A stretch of DNA of 64,000 nucleotides from Candidatus Omnitrophica bacterium UBA6253 (GTDB lineage Bacteria; Omnitrophota; Gorgyraeia; Gygaellales; Profunditerraquicolaceae), in assembly GCA_002441245.1 (NCBI GenBank), contig DJVP01000011.1, positions 193,722-257,721 on the forward strand, given 5' to 3'. How positions within the stretch are numbered: the stretch's first letter is position 1; each line of letters opens with the position of its first letter. Position numbers and translations under genes: made by a program. Positions 41,592 through 51,734 of this stretch are shown one piece after another. The notes below the pieces were generated by a model. It saw only the letters and a list, made by a program, of their open reading frames with translations, did no database searches and was not told where the DNA came from.

Positions 41592-42953
41592 ATGTTCTCT
41601 AAAATTCTCATTGCCAACCGAGGCGAAATCGCCTTAAGAATAATCCGCGCCTGTCATGAGATGGGTATTCGTACCGTAGCCGTCTACTCTCAGGCCGACC
41701 GTAACAGCCTGCATGTGCGTTTTGCTGATGAAGCAATCTGCATTGGACAGGCATCTTCCGTCAACAGCTATCTTAATATTCCTGCAATTATCAGTGCAGC
41801 AGAAATCACCGATGTAGAGGCCATACATCCGGGTTATGGATTCCTGGCTGAAAATGCTCATTTTGCCGAGATATGCGAGTCTTGTAAGATTGCATTTATC
41901 GGACCTACTCCGGAGAATATTCGTCTTATGGGCGATAAGATGGCTGCTCGCACAACCATGCAAAAGGCAGGCCTGCCTATCGTTCCGGGGAGCCGTGCGA
42001 TTATAAAAAATAAGGAAGAGGCACTTAAGACCGCCAAGGAGATTGGCTATCCCGTTATCATCAAAGCCGCTGCCGGAGGCGGAGGCAAGGGGATGCGTAT
42101 TTGCCATAATGATTTAACTCTTGTTTCCAGCCTTTTAACTGCCCAGAGCGAGGCAGAAGCAAATTTTGGTAACCCCAGCGTTTACATTGAGAAGTATATC
42201 GAGAAGCCGCGCCATATAGAGGTTCAGATTATCGCTGACCGCATGGGCCATGTCCTACAGCTTGGAGAGAGGGATTGCAGTATTCAAAGAAGGCATCAGA
42301 AGTTACTTGAGGAGTCGCCTTCTCCTGCGGTGGATGGCAAGATGCGCCATAAATTGGGAGAGATGGTTTTAAAGGGGATGAAATCCATTAATTACCTTAG
42401 CTGCGGCACCATTGAGTTTTTACTGGATGCCAAAACAAACAATTTTTATTTTATGGAAATGAATACGCGTATTCAGGTGGAACATCCGGTTACCGAGATG
42501 GTTACTGGAATTGACCTGATTAAGGAACAGATTAGAGTGGCCAGCGGGGAGAAGCTGAAGATTAAACAGGAAAATGTACAGGTCAAGGGGGCGGCAATAG
42601 AATGCCGTATTAATGCTGAAGATGCGGATAATAATTTTATGCCTTCTCCGGGCAAGATTGAGACGTTGATCCTTCCGGGAGGGCCGAATGTACGCGTAGA
42701 TACACATATTTATGCCGGATATGAGATACCTTCTTATTATGATTCGCTTATGGCTAAGCTTATTGTTTATGGCAGTAACCGCCAGGAGGCAATCAAGACA
42801 ATGCGCAGGGCGCTAAGTGAATTTTATATCGCTCCTATTAAAACTACTATTCCTTTTCACCTCAGGTTAATGGATAATCCGTTATTCAAGAAAGGCGATA
42901 TTTCTACGCATTTTGTGCAGGATCTTTTGGCAAGTGATGTTAAAGGAGAATAA
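41592..42953 (+). CDS. accC: biotin carboxylase
   Basis: 453 aa; ATP-grasp motifs. Confidence 0.93.
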   Translation: MFSKILIANRGEIALRIIRACHEMGIRTVAVYSQADRNSLHVRFADEAICIGQASSVNSYLNIPAIISAAEITDVEAIHPGYGFLAENAHFAEICESCKIAFIGPTPENIRLMGDKMAARTTMQKAGLPIVPGSRAIIKNKEEALKTAKEIGYPVIIKAAAGGGGKGMRICHNDLTLVSSLLTAQSEAEANFGNPSVYIEKYIEKPRHIEVQIIADRMGHVLQLGERDCSIQRRHQKLLEESPSPAVDGKMRHKLGEMVLKGMKSINYLSCGTIEFLLDAKTNNFYFMEMNTRIQVEHPVTEMVTGIDLIKEQIRVASGEKLKIKQENVQVKGAAIECRINAEDADNNFMPSPGKIETLILPGGPNVRVDTHIYAGYEIPSYYDSLMAKLIVYGSNRQEAIKTMRRALSEFYIAPIKTTIPFHLRLMDNPLFKKGDISTHFVQDLLASDVKGE

Positions 42954-43307
42954 ATGAACCCTGATGAATTGAGAAATGAAATTGGCTCCATAAGAATACA
43001 TAAGAACGTGATTTCTTCAATATCTTCTATTGCTGCTATGGAAATAGAAGGAGTCAAGAAGATCGGGTCAAATTTAAAGAGTAGCCTGTTTGAATTATTC
43101 GACCAGAAATTATATTCTGCTATAAAAGTAGATATATCCAAGAATGAGGAGGTAAGGGTAGAGATTCCTCTGATTGTTAAATATGGATATAATATTCCTG
43201 ATATCTCCGGCAGGGTCCAGGAGAATGTGCGTCAGGCATTAGAAAAGATGAGTAATCTTTCCGTAAAAGAAATTAATGTAAATGTGAAAGGTATAGAAAG
43301 GGGGTAG
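42954..43307 (+). CDS. Asp23/Gls24-family envelope stress protein
   Basis: 117 aa. Confidence 0.8.
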   Translation: MNPDELRNEIGSIRIHKNVISSISSIAAMEIEGVKKIGSNLKSSLFELFDQKLYSAIKVDISKNEEVRVEIPLIVKYGYNIPDISGRVQENVRQALEKMSNLSVKEINVNVKGIERG

Positions 43308-43310
43308 AGA

Positions 43311-43919
43311 ATGAAGTTCTTTACTGTTTTGGGTATTATGTTTTACGCCGTGATTATTATAGCGATTGGTTTGGCATTTATTGTCTTTTCATTAAATCTA
43401 TTGCTACCCCAGGATATCAATAATCTGCTTATCTATGCTCAGAACAGTTCGAATTCCCGTCTGATTATTGGTCTTTCCGGGCTGCTTTTGATTCTTATCA
43501 GCTTTTCCTTTGCGCAGATTATTTTAGGCAGATTCCAGAGGGAAAAGACTATTGCCTTTGCTACCTCCAGCGGACAGGTAACTATTTCACTTTCTGCCGT
43601 GGAGGATTTAATCCGCCGGTTAGCAGGGGTTATACCCGAGGTAAAAGAGTTAAGGCCTAATGTCGTGGCAAATAAAAAAGGTATTATTGTGGATATGCGC
43701 ATTATCTTACGTTCAGAAGCTAATATCCCCGAACTTACTTCGAGGCTGCAGGATATTACTAAATCTAAAATTCAGGAGATTTTAGGGCTTGAGGAACAGG
43801 TTATTATCAAGATACATGTGGCCAAGATTGCCCATGATGAAAAAGATAACCGCAGAAAAAGAGATCTTGAAAAGGAAGATTCGTCAGCAATACCTTTTAG
43901 TGGATACGGCAGAGCTTAA
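43311..43919 (+). CDS. AmaP-like membrane anchor protein (Asp23 partner)
   Basis: 202 aa; N-terminal TM; adjacent to Asp23. Confidence 0.55.
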   Translation: MKFFTVLGIMFYAVIIIAIGLAFIVFSLNLLLPQDINNLLIYAQNSSNSRLIIGLSGLLLILISFSFAQIILGRFQREKTIAFATSSGQVTISLSAVEDLIRRLAGVIPEVKELRPNVVANKKGIIVDMRIILRSEANIPELTSRLQDITKSKIQEILGLEEQVIIKIHVAKIAHDEKDNRRKRDLEKEDSSAIPFSGYGRA

Positions 43920-43936
43920 TTAAGGAGGATTAGGAA

Positions 43937-44968
43937 ATGGCAAGGATTGGTATTTTAACAGGTGGCGGAGATTGCCCGGGATTAAATCCGGTTATCCGTG
44001 CGGTGGTGCGCAAGGCTTTACTTGAAGGCTATGAAATAGTGGGTATTAAAAACGGCTGGAAAGGATTAATTGAGAATGACACTATGCCTCTAGACATAAG
44101 TGCTGTTTCCGGGATCCTGCCTAAAGGCGGGACTATTTTGGGAACCAGCCGTACTAATCCGTATAAAAAAGAAGGAGATCTAGAGAAAGTCAAGGATAGC
44201 TTTAAGAAAATAGGCCTTGATGCATTGGTTGCTGTAGGCGGGGAAGACACCCTTGGCGTTGCTTCTAAACTGGTTAAAGACGGGCTGTCGAATATCGTCG
44301 GTGTCCCTAAAACAATTGATAATGACTTGTCGGCTACTGATTATACTTTTGGTTTTGACACGGCCTTGAACGTAGCTATGGAGTGTATTGACCGCTTGCA
44401 TACTACGGCCGAAAGCCATCATCGTATTATTGTAGCTGAGGTCATGGGCAGGCATGCAGGTTGGATTGCTATTGAAGCAGGCATTGCCGGCGGCGCGGAT
44501 GTGATTTTGATTCCTGAAATTCCTATTGATTTAGATGAAGTGTGTAAGATCATTAAAAAAAGGCATGAAAGAGGCAAGACCTTTAGTATTGTTGTGGTTT
44601 CCGAAGGTGCCCAGTTTAAAGACGGCTCTATGGTTACACAGGAAAAGAAACTTGACGCGTTCGGGCATGTACGCCTTGGAGGCATTGGAGAGGATTTGGC
44701 AGCGGAGATTGAAAAAAGAACCGGTTTTGAAACCAGGGTCAGCGTTTTAGGGCATATACAAAGAGGCGGTTCGCCTACTGCGTTTGACCGTGTATTGGGC
44801 ACGCGGTTCGGAGTAAAAGCAGTTGATCTGATTAAAAATAAGAAATTCGGCAGGATGGTAGCTTTAGCCGGCATCAAAATTATTGATGTACCGCTTGAAG
44901 AGGCAGTTAAAGCTTTAAAGACGGTTGATACTGAACTTTATGATATTGCCAAAGTGTTTTTTGGTTAA
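43937..44968 (+). CDS. pfkA: 6-phosphofructokinase (GGEDT motif suggests possible PPi dependence)
   Basis: 343 aa; GILTGGGDCPGLN. Confidence 0.88.
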   Translation: MARIGILTGGGDCPGLNPVIRAVVRKALLEGYEIVGIKNGWKGLIENDTMPLDISAVSGILPKGGTILGTSRTNPYKKEGDLEKVKDSFKKIGLDALVAVGGEDTLGVASKLVKDGLSNIVGVPKTIDNDLSATDYTFGFDTALNVAMECIDRLHTTAESHHRIIVAEVMGRHAGWIAIEAGIAGGADVILIPEIPIDLDEVCKIIKKRHERGKTFSIVVVSEGAQFKDGSMVTQEKKLDAFGHVRLGGIGEDLAAEIEKRTGFETRVSVLGHIQRGGSPTAFDRVLGTRFGVKAVDLIKNKKFGRMVALAGIKIIDVPLEEAVKALKTVDTELYDIAKVFFG

Positions 44969-44980
44969 TAAGGGGGCCTA

Positions 44981-45559
44981 ATGCGAGAGAGAATTAAGGA
45001 TATACTTTTAGAGAGTATTCAGGTCAAAGAAGAGATCCTCCGCAACCAGATTGATTCAATTTTTGAGATTTCTCAGCTTATGATTGATTGCCTTAAGAAA
45101 GATGGCAAGGTAATTGTTTTTGGCAACGGTGGTTCAGCCAGCGACAGCCAGCATATTGCCGCAGAGCTTGTCGGGCGTTTTAAAAAGGATCGTTCGGCAT
45201 TAGCAGGAATTGCCCTGACCACTAATACTTCAATAATTACTTCTTTGGCTAATGATTATGGCTACGATGTAGTTTTTTCCCGTCAGATCGAAGCTTTAGG
45301 AAAAAAGAATGATGTAGTTTTGGGTATTTCTACCAGCGGAAAGGCAAAAAACGTAGCTTTGGGTATTAAACAGGCTAAGAAAATGGGTATTAAAACTGTA
45401 GCTTTAAGTGGCGGCGACGGAGGGGAAATTGTTAAGCTGGCAGACGTGTCTTTGTTGGTACCGTCTAAGATAACTGCAAGGATTCAGGAGGCACACATTA
45501 CTATTGCCCATATAATATGCGAAATGATCGAGCAAGAACTCTGCGGGGAGCAGAGATAG
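44981..45559 (+). CDS. gmhA: phosphoheptose isomerase (SIS domain)
   Basis: 192 aa. Confidence 0.85.
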   Translation: MRERIKDILLESIQVKEEILRNQIDSIFEISQLMIDCLKKDGKVIVFGNGGSASDSQHIAAELVGRFKKDRSALAGIALTTNTSIITSLANDYGYDVVFSRQIEALGKKNDVVLGISTSGKAKNVALGIKQAKKMGIKTVALSGGDGGEIVKLADVSLLVPSKITARIQEAHITIAHIICEMIEQELCGEQR

Positions 45560-46026
45560 CTTCACTTCCCAGCCTTAAGCGTAAAATCAAGCGCCTTAAG
45601 AAGAATGGCAAGCGGATAGTTTTTACTAATGGTTGTTTTGATATACTGCATTACGGCCATGCCAAATACCTTCAGGATGCTAAAGCTAAGGGGGATTATT
45701 TGGTTGTAGCAGTTAACAGTGATTCTTCAGTTAGAAGAATTAAGGCTAAGAATCGCCCGGTGGTTGGGCAGGCTGACCGTTTAAAAGTAATAGCTGCCTT
45801 AGGTTGTGTAGATTTTGTTGTTTTGTTTAACGAAGATAATCCTCTTAAAGTAATCAAAGCGCTTAAGCCGGATATCCTGGTTAAGGGGGCGGATTGGAGC
45901 AAGTCTGGAATTGTGGGCGCAGATTTTGTAGAAAGTTATGGCGGAAAGGTGCAAACCGTTAATTTAGTTAAGGGCCGTTCAACTAGCGCAATAATTGATA
46001 AAATCGTCAGGGATTTCGCGAAATAA
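45517..46026 (+). CDS. D-glycero-beta-D-manno-heptose 1-phosphate adenylyltransferase (RfaE domain II)
   Basis: 169 aa; FTNGCFDILHYGH; start uncertain (overlaps gmhA by 43 nt). Confidence 0.82.
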   Translation: MRNDRARTLRGAEIASLPSLKRKIKRLKKNGKRIVFTNGCFDILHYGHAKYLQDAKAKGDYLVVAVNSDSSVRRIKAKNRPVVGQADRLKVIAALGCVDFVVLFNEDNPLKVIKALKPDILVKGADWSKSGIVGADFVESYGGKVQTVNLVKGRSTSAIIDKIVRDFAK

Positions 46027-46447
46027 CAGTATTTATCGTATCGTTGATGCCAACCTGAACCGGGTTAAGGAGGGGTTGCGTGTTTGCGAGGAAATAACCC
46101 GTTTTATCCTCGATAACCATAAATTTACCGCGGGTTTTAAGAAAGCCAGGCATGAGATTGACGGTATTATTAAGAAGATTTATCCTGCCCCTGAGTTACT
46201 TAAAGTTCGCAATAGTAATGGTGATGTAGGAAGGCGAAACTCCCGCGGAGAACTGAAGCGTGCCGGTTGTAAGGACATTTTTTGGGCGAATATCCAGAGG
46301 GTCAAAGAATCATTGCGAGTACTTGAAGAGTTTAGTAAGCTTTTAGATATTAAAGTTGCCTTGCGTTTCAAACAACTCAGGTATAAAGTTTATGAAATCG
46401 AGAAAGATTCTTTTAAAAAAGTCTCTTCTTTACCTGATTCTGGATAA
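45995..46447 (+). CDS. ThiE-associated N-terminal domain protein (as fused to long ThiE proteins); probably disrupted from thiE by a frameshift
   Basis: 150 aa; overlaps the thiE frame 46356-46447; A6 run at about 46416-21. Confidence 0.45.
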   Translation: MIKSSGISRNNSIYRIVDANLNRVKEGLRVCEEITRFILDNHKFTAGFKKARHEIDGIIKKIYPAPELLKVRNSNGDVGRRNSRGELKRAGCKDIFWANIQRVKESLRVLEEFSKLLDIKVALRFKQLRYKVYEIEKDSFKKVSSLPDSG

Positions 46448-47021
46448 ACCGGATTTTAATAAGTTGTCCTTTGATGGAGTTGGTATAATCCAGCTAAGGG
46501 ACAAGGTTTCTGCTAAATCGCGTGTTTTAAGTTCAGCGGTTAAACTGGCAAGGCGCCTAAGTAAAACCAAGACGCTCTTTATCATTAATGATTACATTGA
46601 TGTTGCACTTCTTTCGGGTTCAGACGGAGTTCATTTGGGCCAGGATGACCTTTCGCTAAAACAGGCAAGGAAGCTGTTAGGCAAAGATAAAATTATCGGC
46701 ATATCTTGCCATAATCTGCGCCAGGCTTTGAAAGCGCAAAAAGAGGGGGCTGATTACATTGGAATTGGCCCAATATATCCTACTGCCACCAAGCCTGAAT
46801 ACAAGGCTATTGGCTTAAGGGTCCTGCGCCAGTTAAAAGATAAGATAAGAATACCTTATTTTGCTATTGGCAGTATCCACGAAGGTAATGTAAAAGAAAT
46901 TACCGCTGCCGGGGCAGGGCGTATCGCAGTATGCCGGGCAATTTTAAAAGCTAATAACCCTGGCCGTGCGGCAAGGCAATTATTCAAGAAGGTCAAAGAA
47001 AATCATCTAAAAGTAAAATGA
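46392..47021 (+). CDS. thiE: thiamine-phosphate synthase
   Basis: about 209 aa from MKSRKILL; LYLILDKPD, IGIGPIYPTATK. Confidence 0.85.
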   Translation: MKSRKILLKKSLLYLILDKPDFNKLSFDGVGIIQLRDKVSAKSRVLSSAVKLARRLSKTKTLFIINDYIDVALLSGSDGVHLGQDDLSLKQARKLLGKDKIIGISCHNLRQALKAQKEGADYIGIGPIYPTATKPEYKAIGLRVLRQLKDKIRIPYFAIGSIHEGNVKEITAAGAGRIAVCRAILKANNPGRAARQLFKKVKENHLKVK

Positions 47022-48301
47022 CTCAGTTGGAATACGCGAAGAAAAATATTGTAACCGGTATTATGCGCAAGGTTGCAGCACTTGAGGGCATTAAACCTGT
47101 TCAACTAATGCGGCTTATTCGTCAGGGCAAGGCCGTCATCCCGTTAAATAAATACCATAAAATTAAAAAACCTTGCGCAGTAGGCAGTACGCTGGCTACT
47201 AAAATTAACGCTAATATTGGCACCTCTACGGATGAATCACGCTTTACCGATGAAATAGATAAGCTTAAAGCTGCTATAAGATATGGGGCAGATGCATTAA
47301 TGGATTTAAGCGTGGGAGGAGACCTGAAGAAAATGCGCCAGCAGGTCTTAAAATATTCAAGCGTGCCTGTGGGCACTGTACCGGTATATGAAGTGTCAGT
47401 CAGGGCGCAGGAAAAATATAATAATTTTATTAAATTCAACGCGCTGGATATCCTGGATGTATTAAATGAGCAGGCTAAACAGGGAGTGGATTTCTTCACT
47501 ATTCATTGCGGGGTAACAAACAGGAGCCTGAAAGCTTTAGAAAAACAAAAAAGGCTTATGGGGGTTGTTTCTCGCGGAGGGGCAATTATAGCCAGATGGA
47601 TGGATTTGCATAATCAAGAAAATCCTTTTTATACGCATTTTGAGCAAATCCTGGATATTGCTAATAAATATGATGTAACTTTAAGCCTGGGGGATGGATT
47701 AAGGCCGGGTTCTATCCTGGATGCTACTGATAAAGCGCAGATTACGGAGTTAAAGATACTTGGCGCGTTAGCAAAACGCGCTAAGGCAAGAGGCGTACAG
47801 GTGATGATCGAAGGGCCGGGACATGTACCTTTGGATCAGATTAAGAAGAATATACTTTTGGAGAAGAAATATTGCGATGGAGCACCTTTTTATGTATTAG
47901 GTCCCCTGGTAACTGATATTGCCCCCGGTTATGACCATATTACTTCTGCCATTGGCGGCGCTTTAGCTGCAGGTTTTGGCGCGGATTTTCTTTGTTATGT
48001 AACTCCGGCTGAACATTTGCGTCATCCAACGGTCAAGGATGTGCGAGAAGGGGTAATTGCTTCGCGAATCGCTGCCCATTCCGGGGATTTGGTTAAACGC
48101 AACAAACTGGCTATAGCCTGGGACAGGAAGATTTCGGTTGCCCGAAAGACTAAAGATTGGAAGAAACAAATTCAGATGTCTATTGATCCTGATAAGGCAA
48201 AAGAATACCGGTTATCCAGCAAGCCCAGTCTTTCTGACGTATGCACGATGTGCGGGAAATATTGTTCTATTAAGCTCATGGAAGATTGTTCAAAGAAATA
48301 G
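47018..48301 (+). CDS. thiC: phosphomethylpyrimidine synthase
   Basis: 427 aa; ThiC family; C-terminal CxxCxxxxC. Confidence 0.93.
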   Translation: MTQLEYAKKNIVTGIMRKVAALEGIKPVQLMRLIRQGKAVIPLNKYHKIKKPCAVGSTLATKINANIGTSTDESRFTDEIDKLKAAIRYGADALMDLSVGGDLKKMRQQVLKYSSVPVGTVPVYEVSVRAQEKYNNFIKFNALDILDVLNEQAKQGVDFFTIHCGVTNRSLKALEKQKRLMGVVSRGGAIIARWMDLHNQENPFYTHFEQILDIANKYDVTLSLGDGLRPGSILDATDKAQITELKILGALAKRAKARGVQVMIEGPGHVPLDQIKKNILLEKKYCDGAPFYVLGPLVTDIAPGYDHITSAIGGALAAGFGADFLCYVTPAEHLRHPTVKDVREGVIASRIAAHSGDLVKRNKLAIAWDRKISVARKTKDWKKQIQMSIDPDKAKEYRLSSKPSLSDVCTMCGKYCSIKLMEDCSKK

Positions 48302-48359
48302 TAGTTTGCAGCACCTCGCGCTAACTTGATTTGCGCGAGCGCGCATATTAGGTAAGGCA

Positions 48360-48406
48360 GCATCCGACGCTGATAGGTATTGCGTCGATGCGCGATAGGT
48401 ATCGCG
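48360..48406 (+). repeat. two-hairpin element (second copy): bulged CGACGC-loop-GCGTCG hairpin plus CGCGAT-AGGT-ATCGCG hairpin, abutting tRNA-Gly
   Basis: About 19/23 identical to 11551-11573 in the core; same two-hairpin architecture. Confidence 0.5.
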
Positions 48407-48474
48407 GGTGTAATTCAGTGGTAGAATGGCAGCTTCCCAAGCTGCATATGGCGGTTCGATTCCGCTCACCCGCT
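48404..48474 (+). tRNA. tRNA-Gly (anticodon CCC)
   Basis: Acceptor GCGGGTG/CACCCGC; D-arm TAATTCAGTGGTAGAAT; anticodon loop TTCCCAA; T-loop GGTTCGATTCC; CCA not encoded. Confidence 0.82.
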
Positions 48475-48513
48475 TATAAAAAGAGCAGATAACATATAAA
48501 TAACGTAGATTTA

Positions 48514-49173
48514 ATGAAAAATATAATTTTAATTCTGATGATTTTGGCTGTATCCGGTTGTGTGAGCAATCCGACTTACACGGGGCCAAGGGCGCCTGTT
48601 TCCCCCCAGCTTACTCCTGGCTTGCGTCACCGCGTAGAACCCAAGCAAACACTTTGGAGGATATCTAGGATGTATAATGTAGATATTGATGATATCCTGC
48701 GGGCGAATAATATCTCAGAAGATGCTACTATTGAAATTGGCCAGGTGCTGATAATCCCCAACCGCCTGAAACCCCGGGTTGAGAAGGTGTTTTTCAGCGG
48801 GGATGATTTTATCTGGCCGTTAAAAGGGAAAATAATTGCTGGTTTCGGGACCAACTATCAGAATTTAATCAATAAAGGTATTAATATCCAGGTATTTGCA
48901 GATACTGATATTTTGGCCTCATGCAGCGGAAGGGTAGTTTTTTATGCAGTTAATTTAGGTAATTTTGGCAGGACGATAATTATCGACCATGGAAATGGCT
49001 TGCGTAGTGTTTATTCCAGGGCCTCAGAGTTTTTTGTGCGGCCGGGTGAAAGCGTGCAAAGAGGGGCATTAATCGGCCGCATTAACTCAACTGTTAAGGG
49101 TAAGAATAATTATTTCCATTTTGAAATTCGCAAAGGGGCTATGCCTCAAAATCCGCTGTTTTATTTGCCATGA
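48514..49173 (+). CDS. LysM-domain / M23-peptidase lipoprotein
   Basis: 219 aa; lipobox LAVSGC; LysM; M23 C-terminal domain. Confidence 0.85.
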   Translation: MKNIILILMILAVSGCVSNPTYTGPRAPVSPQLTPGLRHRVEPKQTLWRISRMYNVDIDDILRANNISEDATIEIGQVLIIPNRLKPRVEKVFFSGDDFIWPLKGKIIAGFGTNYQNLINKGINIQVFADTDILASCSGRVVFYAVNLGNFGRTIIIDHGNGLRSVYSRASEFFVRPGESVQRGALIGRINSTVKGKNNYFHFEIRKGAMPQNPLFYLP

Positions 49174-50777
49174 TAAAAGATAAATTTTTTGACCGAAGAA
49201 ATTATATAGAGATATTGCAAAAACGTATCAGCAGCCTGAAGGAAGGCTACCGGCAGAATATTGCCATTATCGGTGAAGAGAATGTCGGAAAAACCAGCAT
49301 TGTTTATAAGTTTTTGGATAAATTTTATGATCCCAGGATAATTACAGTATTTTTGGAGGTAAGGCCTGAGTCTTTCCAGGATTTTGCCAAAAGGTTCATC
49401 GGTGCTTTATTATATAATTTTCTTTTAAACAGCGGCTTGACGTTAAAAGAAGATTTGGATTTTTTGGTTGCCAAATCCGGAAGCTTCATCCCCAATACAA
49501 CGCTCAAAATAAATTCCATACTTAACGATCTATCCCGAAGAAAGAAGGCAAATATCATCACTGAGCTTTTCAGCCTCCCTGAATTAATTCATCAGGAGAC
49601 AGGTAAGTTTACCGTCCTTTTCCTGGATGAATTCCATAATCTGGAGAATATCGGCATTAAGAACTTATATCGGGATTGGAGCAAGCTGCTCATTTTACAG
49701 AAAAATACCCTGTATGCCATAACCAGTTCGATGATGTTTAAAACCAGGGTTATCCTTTCCAAGCAACTTTCTTTGTTGTTCGGTAATTTTGAGGTAATTA
49801 ATATAGAGCCTTTCGATATGCATACCAGCGGCCGTTACCTGGATCATCGTTTGCCGTCTTTAAAAATGAGCCCTGGGTTAAAAGATTTTATAATCAACTT
49901 TACCGGAGGGTATCCGCTTTATCTGGAACTCATATCAGATGCCTTATCTAGCAGGCCGGATGGGCATGATATCTATGCTAACCTTGCAGATATTCTTGAG
50001 GATTTACTGTTCAATACCTCGGGGATCCTTAACCAGCGGTTTTCTAACTATATCAAGCGTTTCTTGGATTCTCCTGCTAGCAATGACTATATTTCTATTT
50101 TGTACTTAGTTGCCAGCGGCCGCAACCGCATTAAAGATATCGCCCACATCTTGCATAAACAAAAAAAAGAACTTTCTGCCAGGATTAACTACCTTTTGGA
50201 GTTGGACTCTATTACGCGTAGCGGAGATTTTCTTAAAGTGAGCGATCGTTTGTTTGCTTATTGGATGCGTTTTGTCTATCAGGAGAAAATGCGTTCTCTA
50301 TCATATGATGCCAAGAACCAGAAAGAAAAATTCCGTGATAACATAGAGGAGCTTATCCAGGAGTTCCTGAAACAGTCTCAAAGACCACTCTCTAACCGGG
50401 TATTTGAGCTATTGCAGTTATTTGAAGATGACCTTATGCAGTTTGAACGTAAGAAGATCAGGCTTAATCATTTTCGCGAGGTAAAACCACTGGTTTTTAA
50501 CCACCGTTTTCTAAAAGATGGTTTGTTGGGGCGCTCTAGCGATTCGCTCTGGATTATGGCGATTAAATCCGATGCCCTTACTGAGCAGGATATCGCTGAG
50601 TTTTCCAAAGAATGCAAGAAATACCACCACAAATCACAGCGTAAAATAATCGTTACTTTAAAGGAAGTTGACCCCAATGCCAGGCTGAGGGCGTTGGAGG
50701 AAAAGGTCTGGACCTGGGATTTAAACAGCTTAAACCAGATCCTGGATTTGTTTTCTAAACCACGGGTGATCGCTTGA
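49170..50777 (+). CDS. archaeal-type ATPase_2-like ATPase with DUF234-like C-terminal region
   Basis: 535 aa; FFDRRNYIEIL...IAIIGEENVGKTSIV; Walker B FLDEFHN. Confidence 0.6.
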   Translation: MIKDKFFDRRNYIEILQKRISSLKEGYRQNIAIIGEENVGKTSIVYKFLDKFYDPRIITVFLEVRPESFQDFAKRFIGALLYNFLLNSGLTLKEDLDFLVAKSGSFIPNTTLKINSILNDLSRRKKANIITELFSLPELIHQETGKFTVLFLDEFHNLENIGIKNLYRDWSKLLILQKNTLYAITSSMMFKTRVILSKQLSLLFGNFEVINIEPFDMHTSGRYLDHRLPSLKMSPGLKDFIINFTGGYPLYLELISDALSSRPDGHDIYANLADILEDLLFNTSGILNQRFSNYIKRFLDSPASNDYISILYLVASGRNRIKDIAHILHKQKKELSARINYLLELDSITRSGDFLKVSDRLFAYWMRFVYQEKMRSLSYDAKNQKEKFRDNIEELIQEFLKQSQRPLSNRVFELLQLFEDDLMQFERKKIRLNHFREVKPLVFNHRFLKDGLLGRSSDSLWIMAIKSDALTEQDIAEFSKECKKYHHKSQRKIIVTLKEVDPNARLRALEEKVWTWDLNSLNQILDLFSKPRVIA

Positions 50778-51259
50778 AGATAGGGGTAATCTCTGATACA
50801 CATATTGCGAATAAAACCGAACATATTCCCGGAATTATACTTGATGTTTTTAAACAAATGGATATGGTTATGCACGCCGGGGATATGGTGGATTTACGGG
50901 TGATCAATGAATTAAAGTCCGTTTGCCCAAAAGTAATTGCCGTAGCCGGGAATATGGACCACGAAGAGGTAAAAAATAAATATCCGCTAAAAGAAATTGT
51001 TGAAGTTTTCGGCCGCAAGATCGGACTCATGCATGGCTGCGGATCCGCCTTGAATTTAGTTGAACTGCTCAAAGACGCTTTTAAAGAGGATAAGCCTGAT
51101 ATTATTGTTTTTGGGCATTCACATAAACCGATGAATGAATTTATTGACGGGGTATTATTTTTCAACCCTGGCAGCGCGACTGATTTCATGGCAGAATATA
51201 ACTCTTACGGCCTAATCGAAATAAATGAAGAGATCAATGCCAGGATAATCAAGATTTAA
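50774..51259 (+). CDS. YfcE/MJ0936-family metallophosphoesterase
   Basis: 161 aa; ISDTHI, GHSHKP. Confidence 0.85.
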   Translation: MKIGVISDTHIANKTEHIPGIILDVFKQMDMVMHAGDMVDLRVINELKSVCPKVIAVAGNMDHEEVKNKYPLKEIVEVFGRKIGLMHGCGSALNLVELLKDAFKEDKPDIIVFGHSHKPMNEFIDGVLFFNPGSATDFMAEYNSYGLIEINEEINARIIKI

Positions 51260-51260
51260 A

Positions 51261-51734
51261 ATGGATAAACTTTGGGCCCCATGGAGGATTAATTACATAA
51301 ACGGAAAGAAGAGAGGCAAGGGGTGTATTTTCTGCTGTGCAAAAAAAAGCACCTCCAAAGATTATGTAATCTTTAAGAGTAAGTTTACTATTGTTATGTT
51401 GAATATCTATCCTTATAATAACGGCCATCTTTTGATTTCTCCTCTGAGGCATATCCGCGACATATCCCAATTGCGTCAAGAGGAGGTCCTGGATTTATTC
51501 AGATGCTTAAATAAGGCAAAGGCGCTACTGCAAAAAGTCCTGCGGCCAGAAGGATATAATATAGGTTTTAACCTTACTCGCACAGCCGGGGCCGGTATTA
51601 CCGGGCATCTGCATCTACATATTGTCCCGCGTTGGACAGGCGACACCAATTTTATGCCTGTTATTTCAAATACCAAGATTATTTCACAATCCTTAAATGA
51701 GTTAGCCGGGTGTTTAAGAAATGCCGACAAATAA
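51261..51734 (+). CDS. HIT-family nucleotide hydrolase/transferase
   Basis: 157 aa; HLHLHIVPR histidine triad. Confidence 0.8.
   Translation: MDKLWAPWRINYINGKKRGKGCIFCCAKKSTSKDYVIFKSKFTIVMLNIYPYNNGHLLISPLRHIRDISQLRQEEVLDLFRCLNKAKALLQKVLRPEGYNIGFNLTRTAGAGITGHLHLHIVPRWTGDTNFMPVISNTKIISQSLNELAGCLRNADK

Noticed and set aside
43937-44968. Considered calling the phosphofructokinase definitively PPi-dependent
   Set aside because: The GGEDT motif hints at PPi-PFK, but assigning specificity needs the full set of diagnostic residues, so it is left as a possibility only.
47018-47100. Looked for a TPP riboswitch upstream of thiC/thiE
   Set aside because: There is no intergenic space: thiC overlaps thiE, and the ThiE-N-domain ORF overlaps the upstream rfaE2 gene. 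No THI-box-like CUGAGA motif was recognised.
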